DNA of 64,000 nt from Alphaproteobacteria bacterium (GCA_965261735.1 OZ253470.1:4480001-4544000), one strand, 5' to 3'. Counted from the first letter of the stretch, positions 31,592 to 42,318 are shown. Program-made: numbers and translations. The notes: a model not told the origin generated them from the sequence alone.

Positions 31592-32380
31592 TTATTGGAG
31601 TACGGACATTCCGCCGTCGATCGTGAGGATGCTACCGTTCACGTAGGAGGCCGCGTCCGAGGCGAGGAACACCGCGATTCCGGCGATCTCGCTGGGGTCG
31701 CCCCAACGCCCGAGCGGCGTGTGCTCGCTCACCTTGTCGTAGAACGGCCGTACCGGCTCGGGCGGCGGCTCGCCCTCCGTCAAGGCGCCGCCCAACTCGG
31801 TGTGAAAATAACCGGGTGCGATGCAGTTACAGGTCACGCCCTGGGGCCCGAGTTCGACCGCGAGCGCCCGCGTGAGGCCGGTCAGGCCGGCCTTGGCCGC
31901 GGCGTAGGCCGGCATGGTCGGCAGCGCGATCGCAGGTCCGGCAACCGAAGAGATATTGATGATGGTGCCCCTTCCCTGGGCCACCATCTGGCGCCCGCTC
32001 TCGCGTGCCAGCACGAAACTCGCCGTCAGGTGGATGTCCATCAGGCGCTGCCACATGTCGGTCGGATACTCCGTCACGGCCGAGTACTCGGCAGTCCCCG
32101 CGTTGTTGACGAGCACGTCGAGGCGGCCGTGCTGGTCGATCACGCTCTTGACCCCGGCCACGCACGCCTCCGAGTCGGCGACGTCGAAGGCCAGCGCCGA
32201 CGCTGCCAGGCCGGTAGCCGAAAGCTCGTTCGCCTTGGCCTCGACCGTCTGGCGCTGGCGGCCATTGAGGACGACGTGGGCGCCGTGCTCGGCCATCCCA
32301 CGCGCCATGGCAAAACCGAGCCCGCGCGAGCCGCCGGTCATGAGCACGACTTTATCTTTCAGCGAAAAGAGATCGGCCAT
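31592..32380 (-). CDS. SDR oxidoreductase (gluconate 5-dehydrogenase-like)
   Basis: TGGSRGLG, NNAG, YAAAK, NCIAPG. Confidence 0.92.
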   Translation of the reverse strand: MADLFSLKDKVVLMTGGSRGLGFAMARGMAEHGAHVVLNGRQRQTVEAKANELSATGLAASALAFDVADSEACVAGVKSVIDQHGRLDVLVNNAGTAEYSAVTEYPTDMWQRLMDIHLTASFVLARESGRQMVAQGRGTIINISSVAGPAIALPTMPAYAAAKAGLTGLTRALAVELGPQGVTCNCIAPGYFHTELGGALTEGEPPPEPVRPFYDKVSEHTPLGRWGDPSEIAGIAVFLASDAASYVNGSILTIDGGMSVLQ

Positions 32381-32448
32381 GCGTGGCTTCCGGGCTCTGC
32401 TGGTAAGGGTTCATGCAGGGGCGGCGCGGACTACGTGCGAAGGCTCTT

Positions 32449-33315
32449 CTACGGGGCCCGGTCTTCCCAGTTTGGGCCGAATCTGGGGAACACATGGTGG
32501 TCGGGCGCATCGGGGAACGGATCGCCGTTGGCAATGCCGGGATCGACTGCGGGACCGAGGCTGAACGAGACGCCAGTGCGCACCGCGTAGGTCGACCCCT
32601 CGCCGGCGAAGCGGACGCCCAAAGCGCGCCGGCGTTGGTCGGTAGCGTTGCCGGGGGCGCCGTGACAAATAAGCAGGTTCGAGACCAGGAAGTCGCCCGG
32701 AAAGGTCTCGAAGCTGACGATGTCGTACTTGTCGCGATTGCCGGCGATGTCTGGCATCGCCTCGAGCGCCGGCTTGTCGCCGATATAACCGTAGCCCTCG
32801 CGCTTCGTGCGCCCGTCGCCGACCGTATCGAAACGCTTGCCCCACTTGTGCGAACCGCGCACCCACTCCACCGCGCCACTTTCGGACGTCACATGATCGA
32901 GCGAGAGCCACATGCCGCAGGAGTTGCCCTCGACCGGATTGCCCGGCGTGTCGTGGTGCCAGGTGGTCGGCGTCGGCGAGTGCGGCTCCTTGACCAGCAG
33001 GAAGTCGAAGATAAGGTTGACCACCTTCGAGCGTAGAATTTTCGCGGCTACTTCCGCCCTCGGCGATTCGTAGATGAAGGCTCTGAACTCGTCGCGGAAC
33101 AGCCACATGTTGTGGTCGAAGGCGTAGCGGCCGCCTTCGTCCGCTTCGTTCATGTCTTGGCCGAACTTTGTCGGATGATCGAGGATCTCGTCGGTCGCAC
33201 GCTGCATGCGGGCGACCCACTCCCCGTCCAGCACACCGCGCACGCAGACGACACCATCGTCCTCAAAGGTCCGAATCTCCTCTTCCGTGATCTCGCGCAG
33301 CGGTCGGCGGTTCAT
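32449..33315 (-). CDS. Phytanoyl-CoA dioxygenase-family Fe/2OG oxygenase
   Basis: FEDDGVV, WHHD, VRGSHKWG, PGD, HGAPGN...RRA. Confidence 0.88.
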   Translation of the reverse strand: MNRRPLREITEEEIRTFEDDGVVCVRGVLDGEWVARMQRATDEILDHPTKFGQDMNEADEGGRYAFDHNMWLFRDEFRAFIYESPRAEVAAKILRSKVVNLIFDFLLVKEPHSPTPTTWHHDTPGNPVEGNSCGMWLSLDHVTSESGAVEWVRGSHKWGKRFDTVGDGRTKREGYGYIGDKPALEAMPDIAGNRDKYDIVSFETFPGDFLVSNLLICHGAPGNATDQRRRALGVRFAGEGSTYAVRTGVSFSLGPAVDPGIANGDPFPDAPDHHVFPRFGPNWEDRAP

Positions 33316-33589
33316 GCTCGTCTCCCCGCGTGTCGTCGTGCGGCCGGTGTCACCGGCCTAGGCGCTACCCTTTTGGTCCACGATCATACGCGCAGGCGGC
33401 GCCCGGACCAAGCGATCCCTCCAAAAGAAAAACCGATCGACGCTGACGCCAACCTCGCCATGGCCTCAGCCAAGCTCGGCAGCGAGAACGGAAGCGGGGC
33501 GTCGAGGGCTTTGCTACAAACGGATTGGCGGATATTCTTCACCTCCATGGTGCCGTTCGTTGATAGCGCCGAATGGTTGAGCTGAAGGC

Positions 33590-34459
33590 ATGCAGATCCT
33601 GGCGAACGGGATATTGAACGGGTTGATCATCGCCCTCATGGCACTGGCGTTTCAGTTGGTGTACCTGCCGACTCGTGTATTTCATGTTGCGCTGGGCGGC
33701 ATCTACGTAGTGGCGCCCTATGTCGCCTGGATCTGCCTAAAGGGCGGTGTCCCGTGGTACGTATCGTTTGCCGCCTCGCTCGGCTTTTGCGCTTTGTTCG
33801 CGATCGCGATCGACGTTTTCAACCACGCGCCGCTCGCGCGCCGGCAAGCGGCCTTCATCTCGCATCTGATCGTCTCGCTCGGCGTCTACATCATCACCGT
33901 GCAGATCCTGGTCATCCTGTGGGGCAGCCACCCCAAGGCAATCAGGATTGCCAGGGATGAAGCGTTTTTCTTCGGTGAACTCATCTTCACTGCTACGCAA
34001 CTGTGGTCGGCGGCGGTTTCCGTCGTATTGCTCGGAGTCTTTTATCTGTGGCTGTCCTTCACCGACACAGGTTTGCAGTTCCGCGCGCTATCGGACAATC
34101 CGCACGAACTAGCCTTGCGCGGGTTCAACATTAGCAGGCTTAGGATGATCGCTTTCGGGATGTCGGGCGTGATTACTGCGGTCGGCGCGCTATTGGTGGC
34201 GCGCGAGATAGGCTTCCACCCCCACAACGGTCTCGACACGTTGCTGCTGGCCGTGGTTGCCGCGATCATCGGCGGCCGGGGCTCGTTCATCGGGCCGGTC
34301 ATTGGCGGTCTGCTGCTCGGCATCGTTCGCGCCGAGGTGATCTGGTACATTTCGGCAAGCTGGCAGGACGGGATAACTTTCGGGCTTCTCGCCCTGTTCC
34401 TGCTGCTCAGGCCGCAGGGCCTGGTCGTCAAACGCGCGCGCCTCGAGGCGGAAGCATGA
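33590..34459 (+). CDS. livH: Branched-chain amino acid ABC permease (LivH-like)
   Basis: NGILNGLIIALMALAFQL, TGLQFRALSDN, AAIIGGRGS. Confidence 0.85.
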   Translation: MQILANGILNGLIIALMALAFQLVYLPTRVFHVALGGIYVVAPYVAWICLKGGVPWYVSFAASLGFCALFAIAIDVFNHAPLARRQAAFISHLIVSLGVYIITVQILVILWGSHPKAIRIARDEAFFFGELIFTATQLWSAAVSVVLLGVFYLWLSFTDTGLQFRALSDNPHELALRGFNISRLRMIAFGMSGVITAVGALLVAREIGFHPHNGLDTLLLAVVAAIIGGRGSFIGPVIGGLLLGIVRAEVIWYISASWQDGITFGLLALFLLLRPQGLVVKRARLEAEA

Positions 34460-35358
34460 ACTACGCGCTTCACCTTCTGATCCTGTTCGACATCTACCTG
34501 ATCGTCGCGCTCAGCCTGAACATCATCGTCGGCTATTGCGGTCTGCTGACCCTATCGCACGCGGTATTTTTCGCCATCGGGACCTATGCCTACGCTATCT
34601 CGGTATTGGCCTGGGGTTGGGATTTCCTACCGGCCGCCGGCCTGGGCATCGGGCTGGCGGTGATCATGAGCTTCGCGTTGTCGCTCGCGGCGTGGCGGTT
34701 TCGCGGTGACTTCTTCGTGCTGATCTCGCTGTCGATCCAATTCGCGTTTTTCAGCGTCATCTACAACTGGTACTCGCGCGGTGACGAACCTGGCACGCTG
34801 GTTAACCTGACCAACGGTCCGTACGGGCTGCGCGGCATCCCCAAGCCGGAAATGTTCGGCTTCGAGTTCATCTCCATCGAATCGATTGCCGTCTTGTTCA
34901 CCGCCTTCGCGGCCTTGTCTCTGCTGTTCTGCCGCACGCTCCTGTCGTCGCCGTGGGGACGAATGCTTAAGGCGTTGCGCGACGACGAGTTAGCCGCGCG
35001 CGGTCTCGGAAAGTTTGTTCGCATCGCGAAGGTGCAGGCGATCGCCATCTCCTGCGCCATGGCCGCGTTCGGCGGCGTGCTCTACGCGTCCTACATCAGC
35101 TACATCGACCCGTCCACGGCATCGCTCGCCGATTCACTGCTGCTATTGACCATGATCATCGTCGGCGGCGTCGGCAATACGTTTCGCGGGCCTTTGGTCG
35201 GGGCTTTCGTTTTGCTCGCAATTCCCGAATCCCTGCGCTTCGCCGACCTTCCCGACGTGATGGCCGGCGAGTTGCGCCTATTGATTTACGGCCTGCTGCT
35301 GATCGCCATGATGCATTTCAGGCCGCAAGGGCTGGCCGGCGAATACCGCCTCGGCTGA
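34456..35358 (+). CDS. livM: Branched-chain amino acid ABC permease (LivM-like)
   Basis: LNIIVGYCGLLTLSHA, LTNGPYG, SPWGRMLKALRDDE, RPQGL; ATGA overlap with upstream gene. Confidence 0.85.
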   Translation: MNYALHLLILFDIYLIVALSLNIIVGYCGLLTLSHAVFFAIGTYAYAISVLAWGWDFLPAAGLGIGLAVIMSFALSLAAWRFRGDFFVLISLSIQFAFFSVIYNWYSRGDEPGTLVNLTNGPYGLRGIPKPEMFGFEFISIESIAVLFTAFAALSLLFCRTLLSSPWGRMLKALRDDELAARGLGKFVRIAKVQAIAISCAMAAFGGVLYASYISYIDPSTASLADSLLLLTMIIVGGVGNTFRGPLVGAFVLLAIPESLRFADLPDVMAGELRLLIYGLLLIAMMHFRPQGLAGEYRLG

Positions 35359-35456
35359 TTGGCGCGCGGGTTTCGACTCGACGATCAAAATCAATCGCGA
35401 CTACGATAGCTTGAATCGCGAACAAATTTCGCTACACCGCGATATCGGAGGAAAAC

Positions 35457-36587
35457 ATGCTGGATCACAGGAAAACGTTACGGGGCGCAACGCTCGCCGC
35501 AGTGGCGGCGCTGCTTGTCGCTGCAACGCTGGTTGCGACGAGTTCGTTGGTTCAAGCCGCCGACAAGGTGCGCATTGCCGTCAACGGCCCGTTGACGGGA
35601 CCGATTTCCCTTGTTTTCAACGATTACACCAAGGGCCTGCAGATGGGGCTCGACGACGCGGCGAAAGAGCTTGGCGTATCGCGCGATATCTTTGAGCTCG
35701 ATTTGCAGGATAATGCCGGCAATCCGAGGGATGCGATCTCGGCGGCGAAGAAGCACCTGCTCGGCAAGGTTGATGTCTATCTCTCCGGCTACTCGGCTAT
35801 CTCAAAAGCGATCGCGCCGGAAATCGACAAAGCCGGGATCCCCCACTTCATGGTCGCGTTCGACGCGTTTCTAGCGGGCGAGGATCCGAACCGGCTGAGG
35901 ATCTTCCCCCATTACAAGCTCGAAGGGCCGGTCTATGTGGACTACATCAAGCAGCACGGGGCCAAAAAGGTTGCCATCCTTGCCTTGAACTTCGCGGCCA
36001 TCGACGAGGAATTCGCCATGTTAGTCGAGCCGGCGTTCAAAGGCACCGACGTGAAATTCATGCGCGAGATGTATGATTTCAACATCAAGGACTACAACAC
36101 GCTGGTCCTCAAGGCGGCCAAGTTCAAGCCCGACCTCACGATCATCAATGGATTCGCCCTCCACGTGTATCCGTTGCTCAAGGCGGTGCGGACCTACGTG
36201 AGGACCGGCTCGGTTTTGGCGACGATGTCTTTCATCACCATATTGTACGAGGACAAGCCCACCGAGGAGCTCGCGGGCACCATTTTTACGGCGCCGCACT
36301 ACACATTGCCTGGCGTGACGAAAGGAGCCGATGCGTGGAACAAGGCCTATAAAGCCCGTTTCAATACCACGCCGCACTATGTCCCGGCCTATGCCTACGA
36401 CACGGCACGAATGATCGTCGCGGCCTACAAGAAGTCGGGCAAGGTCACCACCCAAACTCTGCGCGGCGTGACGCCCTTCGCGGGTCTCGTCGGTTCGATA
36501 GAGTTGGATGCCGACGGCGACATCATTGGCTCACTCGGAATCGGTCAGGTCAATCCGGACCGCAGTGTCAAAGTTTTGCGGAAGTAA
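35457..36587 (+). CDS. Liv-type periplasmic substrate-binding protein
   Basis: GGAGG RBS, signal peptide, GPLTGP, QDNAGNP, YAYD, F.GLVG.IELDADGD. Confidence 0.85.
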   Translation: MLDHRKTLRGATLAAVAALLVAATLVATSSLVQAADKVRIAVNGPLTGPISLVFNDYTKGLQMGLDDAAKELGVSRDIFELDLQDNAGNPRDAISAAKKHLLGKVDVYLSGYSAISKAIAPEIDKAGIPHFMVAFDAFLAGEDPNRLRIFPHYKLEGPVYVDYIKQHGAKKVAILALNFAAIDEEFAMLVEPAFKGTDVKFMREMYDFNIKDYNTLVLKAAKFKPDLTIINGFALHVYPLLKAVRTYVRTGSVLATMSFITILYEDKPTEELAGTIFTAPHYTLPGVTKGADAWNKAYKARFNTTPHYVPAYAYDTARMIVAAYKKSGKVTTQTLRGVTPFAGLVGSIELDADGDIIGSLGIGQVNPDRSVKVLRK

Positions 36588-36687
36588 TCGCTCGGAGTCG
36601 AGGTCCGGTGAGTGGTCGACGTTCGCCAACACATCGGATAGGAGCGGCCGCGCATATGCGCGGCCGCCAACAGAAGGCATCCGATCG

Positions 36688-36816
36688 ATGGCACTAAAAT
36701 ATGTTGCCTCAGGCGATTCGCACATTATCGAGCCATACGATCTATGGACCAAGGCGCTTGGCGACAAGCACGACCCGGAAAAACTCCCGTACCGTTTCCA
36801 GGGTGCGGCTGATTAG
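36688..36816 (+). pseudogene. Amidohydrolase_2-family N-terminal stub
   Basis: SGDSHIIEPYDLW motif followed by an early stop. Confidence 0.55.
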
Positions 36817-36905
36817 GAAGCCGCTGCAGCACTGGCGAAAGGCGGGGAGTGCCGGGTGCCACGCTTATTTTTCGCGTGCCGGAGTTGTCGGCCCGGGCAG
36901 GCGGC

Positions 36906-38450
36906 CTATGACTGCGACGCCGCCGGCACGAGGATCAACGTGGCTCCCGATTTGTTGGCCGCGATCTCGTCCTGCAGCTTGGGGATCGACGCGGCGTCCA
37001 GCATGCCGAACGGCTCGTCGAGAATGACGATCGAGCCGTTCAACTTGGACAACGAGCAGGCCGCCGCGACCTTCTGGCGTTCGCCGCCGCTCAGATCCGA
37101 GATGCGCCGGCCGAGAAACGGGCGCACGTTCTCTGGCGCCTGATCGATGCCCGCGAGCTTGAGCGATTCATCGACGGACAGATTGGGAAACGCGTTGTCA
37201 CGGCTTTGCATCACCGCCAAACCATGGCCGACGCGCGACCAAGTCGGCAGCTTGTGGACCGCTTTCCCGTAGAGGCTCATCTCGCCGCCGGCAATGGGAA
37301 TGATGCCGGAAAGCGCTTCCAGGAAGGTTGTTTTGCCCCACCCGTTGGGCGCCTGCAGGACCGCCAGGCAGCCACGCGGCACGCTGAAGGACAATCCTTC
37401 GACTTTATCCTCGGCGCTGGTTCGGCCGATCACCCGGCGCCGTCCGCGGCGCACGATGAGGTCCTTGACCTCAAGCCCCGGCTGGCCGGCAAACCCGGGA
37501 TCGAGTCGGATCTGGGACAGCAGCCCGCCGCCGGGCAGGTCCTCGTCGACGATGGCGTCGGCTGAACCGGCGAGTTCGGTCAACCACGGCCGCAGCGCGC
37601 CGCCTTCGTCGTGGAAGGACTCCTTGCGGATGGCGGCCGGCGTTTCCACCCGAATGGCGCCGTTGTCGATCGTCCAGACCGTTGTCGCCAGGTCCAGCAC
37701 CTTGGGAATGTTGAATATGTGCTCGACGATGACGAGAGTCACGGCGTGCTGCTTCACGAGATCGCTCAGCAACCCCATGATGTCGCGGATGCCGTTGGCG
37801 TCGAGCGCGGCCAGCGGCTCGTCGAGAAACAGGATGCGCGCGCCGGCCTGGACGGTCCGCGCGATAGCGACGCGTTTCGATTGGCCGAGCGAGACCATGT
37901 CGGCCGACGAGGTTTCGCGCCCGTCGAGCCCGAAGCGGACCAGCAGTCCATCGGCTTGCTTGCCCCACACGGCCTCTTCCTGGCGGATGGCCGATCGGCG
38001 GAAGAACACCGCAACCGGGTTTTCGCCGGTCTGGTTCTTCATCGCCAGAACCACGTTGTCGCGAAGCGAATGCGTCGGAAACAGGCGAACGTACTGCCAG
38101 GTGCGGCCTATTCCCTGGTGGGCGATTCGTTCGGGCGTGAAATGATCGACCGGTAGGAGATCGCGCCACCACGGCCGGGGAAAATCGAAGTCTTTCTTGT
38201 CGAGCACATCGTCCGTGGCAATTTCGATACTGCCTTCGTCGGGCTCGATGTTGCCGGTGAGAATATTGAGGAGCGTGGTCTTACCCGAACCGTTCGGGCC
38301 CCGCAGCAGCACGACCTCCCCGCGGCGCAACTCGAACTCTGCCTCGTCGAGGATGACCTGCCCGCCGAAGCGCTTGTGGAGACCGCGTGCCCGCATGATC
38401 GCCGGCGCATCGCCTGCCAGGGCGGTCGGTTTGGCGTGTGGCTCGCTCAC
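36906..38450 (-). CDS. Fused double ABC ATPase (LivG-LivF-like)
   Basis: GPNGSGKTT, GIGRTWQ, FLDEP, VEH; second domain APNGWGKTT, LSGGERQ, ILDEP; GTG start inferred. Confidence 0.85.
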   Translation of the reverse strand: MSEPHAKPTALAGDAPAIMRARGLHKRFGGQVILDEAEFELRRGEVVLLRGPNGSGKTTLLNILTGNIEPDEGSIEIATDDVLDKKDFDFPRPWWRDLLPVDHFTPERIAHQGIGRTWQYVRLFPTHSLRDNVVLAMKNQTGENPVAVFFRRSAIRQEEAVWGKQADGLLVRFGLDGRETSSADMVSLGQSKRVAIARTVQAGARILFLDEPLAALDANGIRDIMGLLSDLVKQHAVTLVIVEHIFNIPKVLDLATTVWTIDNGAIRVETPAAIRKESFHDEGGALRPWLTELAGSADAIVDEDLPGGGLLSQIRLDPGFAGQPGLEVKDLIVRRGRRRVIGRTSAEDKVEGLSFSVPRGCLAVLQAPNGWGKTTFLEALSGIIPIAGGEMSLYGKAVHKLPTWSRVGHGLAVMQSRDNAFPNLSVDESLKLAGIDQAPENVRPFLGRRISDLSGGERQKVAAACSLSKLNGSIVILDEPFGMLDAASIPKLQDEIAANKSGATLILVPAASQS

Positions 38451-38739
38451 GGGCCTACTCCAAGCGACACTGGTATCACAGTAAGGACCGGAGAGCTGAT
38501 CAAGGTTCTGGATGACGGAGTCAACTGCCCAGCTTGCAGAGCTGCGGCTAGCGTGACATCGCCAAAAACAGCGAGCAGGATAGCCGCGACGTACAACTCT
38601 CTCGGGCGCATTGTTCAAGCCTGCGCCAACTCTAGCCGTGCTGCAAGGACGAGAGCACAGCGCCCGACGTCGAGTCTCACGGGCCCGAATATGGGATTCG
38701 ACACGGCACGTCCGGTCAACCTTCAAGTGCTGACTCTCT

Positions 38740-38842
38740 AATGCCGACTTCCGCTTTCGTGGCGTTTCCTTCCGCTTCACCCACAGATCCAGACGTGCCG
38801 GGCGCCCTCGGTGCGAGGCAGCTGTGACCCAACGCCGACGTC
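38740..38842. repeat. REP-like hairpin array
   Basis: TTCCGCTTT..CCTTCCGCTTCACCC..TGACCCAA.GCCGA similar to 30990-31090. Confidence 0.5.
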
Positions 38843-38878
38843 GGAGAAGGCACAAGACTTAGAGACTTGTGCGGTGGC

Positions 38879-41203
38879 TCATGAGGCCTTGGGACCGACC
38901 ATACGAGGTGGCGAGAAAACGCTAATCGGGGGCGCTTTGCCGTCGTACTTTTCGATTTGCACCAGCGCCGTCAGCGCGCTTGGGCCCTGCGCGAGTTTTG
39001 AAGTCCCCTTGTCTAGGGTGAGAACGTTGGCGTTGCCGTGGCGCTCAAGACTACCCATCGTGCCGGGTTCGACGGGGTCATACCAGGCTCCGTTGGAAAG
39101 TTGGACGACGCCGGGGCGCATGGCCTCCGTCACCACAGCGCCCGCGAGACAGGCGCCTCGATCGTTGAAGACACGCACGATATCACCGTCATTGATGTGG
39201 CGCGGCTTGGCATCGGCGGGGTTGATCCATATCGGCTCCCGCTGCCTGACCTTATGGCTTCGACTTACTGATCCGTCATCCATCTGGCTATGTAGCCGTT
39301 GCGTGGGTTGGCTTGAAAGGATGTGCAGCGGCCACCGCCGGGCAGACTCTCCACCCAGCCATTCCGCGGGTTCCAACCAGGCGGCATGGGGCGGGCAGTC
39401 GTCATATCCGAAAGCTGCAATCGTTTCCGAATAAATCTCTATTTTGCCCGACGGCGTGTTGAGAGGGTGAGCGTCTGGGTCGGCGCGGAAATCTGCCAGC
39501 ATCACGTAATCGTCCTCTGGCTCCGGTATCTCCACATGGCCTCGCTCCCAAAAGGCTTCAAATTCGACGAGTTCCACCTTGTGTTGGGCGGCCCCCTGCC
39601 GCGCCACGTCATAGAGATGCCTGAGCCACTCCATTTCGCCGCGCCCTTCGGTGAAGTCCTGGCGGAAACCCAGCCGTCCGGCGAGGTCGGCGAATATGTC
39701 GTAATCGTTGCGGGCCTGGCCAACGGGCTCGATCGCCTGCTGCATCGCGAAGAAGAAGCGATCGAACGGGGAGGCCCCGATATCGTTGCGCTCGAGGGTC
39801 GTCGTGGTCGGCAGAACGATATCAGCGTGGCGCGCCGTGGACGTCCACCACGGTTCGTGGACAATGATCGTTTTCGGCCGCCGCCATCCCCGCAGGAGCC
39901 GATTGAGATCCTGCTGATGATGGAACGGGTTGCCACCGGCCCAGTAGATGAGCTGGATGTCGGGGAACGTAAGCTTCATCCCGTTGAAATCGATCACCTC
40001 ACCTGGGTTGAGCAACATGTCGGTAATTCGGGCGACCGGGATGAAGCCGTCGATCGGGTTCTTACCGGCCGAAATAAGCCCTGGGACGCTGACGCGCCGG
40101 CGTGGGTTCCCTACTCCGTTCATCGAGCCGTAGCCGAAACCGAAACCGCCGCCCGGAAGACCGATTTGACCCAGCATGCTGGCTAGGACCGTGGTCATCC
40201 AGCAGACCTGCTCCCCGTGATCGGCCCGCTGCAACGACCAAGCAGTCATGATCATCGTGCGGCATCCCGCCATGCGGCGGGCCAGTGTGCGGATCTCGTC
40301 GACCTCGACGTCCGCAACTCCTGCCGCCCAAGCAGCGTCTTTGGGCTGCCCGTCCTTTTCTCCCAGGAGGTAGGACCTGAACCTATCGAAACCGACGCAA
40401 TAGCGGTCGAGGAAGGCCTGATCGTGGAGATTCTCCGTAACCAGCGTGTGGGCAAGCCCCAGCATCAGTGCGACATCCGTGGTGGGCCGTGGACTGATCC
40501 ACTGGGCATCCAGAAAATCCGGGGCATCGTCGTGAATCGGGCTGATATTGACGAACGCGACACCGGCCTCCTTGGCCCGACGCAGCCATTTCTCATAGGA
40601 CCTGTCGCCGGCCCCGCCGAACGTTACGCGCCCGTGCCTAAGGGCTGCGCCCCCGAACATGACCGCGAGCTTCGTGTGTTTGACGATGCTGGGCCAGGAG
40701 GTGAGGGCGCCAGCCACCGACTCGACGCTGCCTACTACGTGCGGCATGATCACCAGGGCGGCGCCGAAGCTGTAGTTCGTCACGTGGTCTGTGAAGCCGC
40801 CAAAGCCGTTGAGGAAACGGTGCAACAGGGTAGGCGCGTGATGCAGCCGGCCGGCGCTTGCCCAGCCAGAGGAACCGCCAAAGATCGCGGCGTTGCCGTG
40901 CTCTCTTTTGATCCGGGTGAGTTCGCGCGTAATGAGGCCGAGCGCTTCATCCCACGAAACATTGACGAAGGGCTCCGCGCCACGGCCCGACCCGCTACCT
41001 TGCGGCCCGCGTTCAAGATATCCGGCGCGCACCGCCGGTTGCTTCACCCGACTTTCGGCGTAGACGGCGCTAGGAACCGCGTCGATGAGCTCGTTCGGGA
41101 CGGGGTCTCCTTCAAAACGCTCGACCGAGACCAATCGGCCGTCCTCTACCTTCGCGGTGTAAGCCCCCCAATGGGCATGAGTGTGTCGAAAAGACGTACC
41201 CAT
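38879..41203 (-). CDS. Molybdopterin (bis-MGD) S/N-oxide reductase, BisC/TorZ/DorA family
   Basis: HWGA, RVKQPAVR, GWASAGRLH, NYSFGAA (Ser ligand), WSLQRADHGEQ, AGGNPFHHQQD, RLHSQ; no Tat leader or 4Fe-4S motif. Confidence 0.92.
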   Translation of the reverse strand: MGTSFRHTHAHWGAYTAKVEDGRLVSVERFEGDPVPNELIDAVPSAVYAESRVKQPAVRAGYLERGPQGSGSGRGAEPFVNVSWDEALGLITRELTRIKREHGNAAIFGGSSGWASAGRLHHAPTLLHRFLNGFGGFTDHVTNYSFGAALVIMPHVVGSVESVAGALTSWPSIVKHTKLAVMFGGAALRHGRVTFGGAGDRSYEKWLRRAKEAGVAFVNISPIHDDAPDFLDAQWISPRPTTDVALMLGLAHTLVTENLHDQAFLDRYCVGFDRFRSYLLGEKDGQPKDAAWAAGVADVEVDEIRTLARRMAGCRTMIMTAWSLQRADHGEQVCWMTTVLASMLGQIGLPGGGFGFGYGSMNGVGNPRRRVSVPGLISAGKNPIDGFIPVARITDMLLNPGEVIDFNGMKLTFPDIQLIYWAGGNPFHHQQDLNRLLRGWRRPKTIIVHEPWWTSTARHADIVLPTTTTLERNDIGASPFDRFFFAMQQAIEPVGQARNDYDIFADLAGRLGFRQDFTEGRGEMEWLRHLYDVARQGAAQHKVELVEFEAFWERGHVEIPEPEDDYVMLADFRADPDAHPLNTPSGKIEIYSETIAAFGYDDCPPHAAWLEPAEWLGGESARRWPLHILSSQPTQRLHSQMDDGSVSRSHKVRQREPIWINPADAKPRHINDGDIVRVFNDRGACLAGAVVTEAMRPGVVQLSNGAWYDPVEPGTMGSLERHGNANVLTLDKGTSKLAQGPSALTALVQIEKYDGKAPPISVFSPPRMVGPKAS

Positions 41204-41310
41204 ATCGGCACCTCGGTCTGGCGGTCGCACTAACCCGACACGTCCCAAATAGACCGATCGGCTGCGGGGGACGGCGTTACGCGGCGCGGGCGGCTCGTGT
41301 CTTTGGGACC

Positions 41311-42318
41311 TTAGTAGGCGCCCAGTTCCTTGATGATCGGCTCAATGATAGAGGCGTCGAGTATCTGTTCACGGGAAATGGCTTTCTTGATCACCCCGTA
41401 TTCGAGGTACGTTGCTGCCGTGAAATCGGTGATCTCGATGGGAATGCCGCCATTTACTCCCCAAACCCCATACGCACTGAGCTCACGAACGACCTTCTTG
41501 ATGAGGTCGAGCGAGATGTCGGGCGTGCGTTTGTGCATCGCCGCCGCCGCTTCGTCCGGATGTTCGATCGTGTAACGTGCACCCATGATCGAGCCCTTCA
41601 TGAACTTGCTTAAGGCTTCGCGCTTGGCGGGATCGTCCAAATCCTTCCCCTTGATCACGAGATAGTTGTAGCCCAGCTTGCCGAGTTCCTTGGTTACGGG
41701 CGTGATTAAGTTGATGTGGTCGCCGGCCTTGGTGGCAGTCAGGGTGTTGACCATCGAGTAGTCCACCTTGCCCGCAATCACCGCCGCCAGCCGGTCGGCA
41801 TGCCCGCCGATCGACACGTGTGTGATCTTGGAGTTCAGGCCATGCTTTTTCAAGATCATGGACGCCATGTGGTTGAGCATGCCGGGGCCGCCGGCACCGG
41901 CAAAATTCTTTCCGACCAAATCCTCGAGCTTGGTGTTTTTGCCCGCCGCGATGACCTGATAGTCCTGTCGCGGCTGCCACGAACCGACGGCCTTGACACC
42001 GCTACCGGCGAGGATGCTGAGCATCGTCGTCGACGGGCCGATGGTGGAGATATCGGCTTCGCCTGCAACCAACGCGCGCAGGGCGTTGCCACTACCGATC
42101 ATGCGAAGGATCTCGATCTCGAGGTCCAAATCCTTGAACCAGCCCTTGTCCTCGGCGATGTAGAAGGGAACGCCGTAGGTGGTATCCGCGGTCGGAAAGA
42201 TGACCTTGATCTTGGACTTGCCCGCAGCCGCCGGGCTCACATCGGCGAGCATGCCCGCCGCCGCGAAAACTGCCCCGACGATCAGCGCGCGGCGGGACGT
42301 CCTCAGCAACTTGTTCAT
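41311..42318 (-). CDS. NitT/TauT-family ABC substrate-binding protein
   Basis: SRRALI Tat-like leader, YIAEDKGWFKDLDL, ALVAGEADI, EDLVGK, EHPDEAA. Confidence 0.85.
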   Translation of the reverse strand: MNKLLRTSRRALIVGAVFAAAGMLADVSPAAAGKSKIKVIFPTADTTYGVPFYIAEDKGWFKDLDLEIEILRMIGSGNALRALVAGEADISTIGPSTTMLSILAGSGVKAVGSWQPRQDYQVIAAGKNTKLEDLVGKNFAGAGGPGMLNHMASMILKKHGLNSKITHVSIGGHADRLAAVIAGKVDYSMVNTLTATKAGDHINLITPVTKELGKLGYNYLVIKGKDLDDPAKREALSKFMKGSIMGARYTIEHPDEAAAAMHKRTPDISLDLIKKVVRELSAYGVWGVNGGIPIEITDFTAATYLEYGVIKKAISREQILDASIIEPIIKELGAY

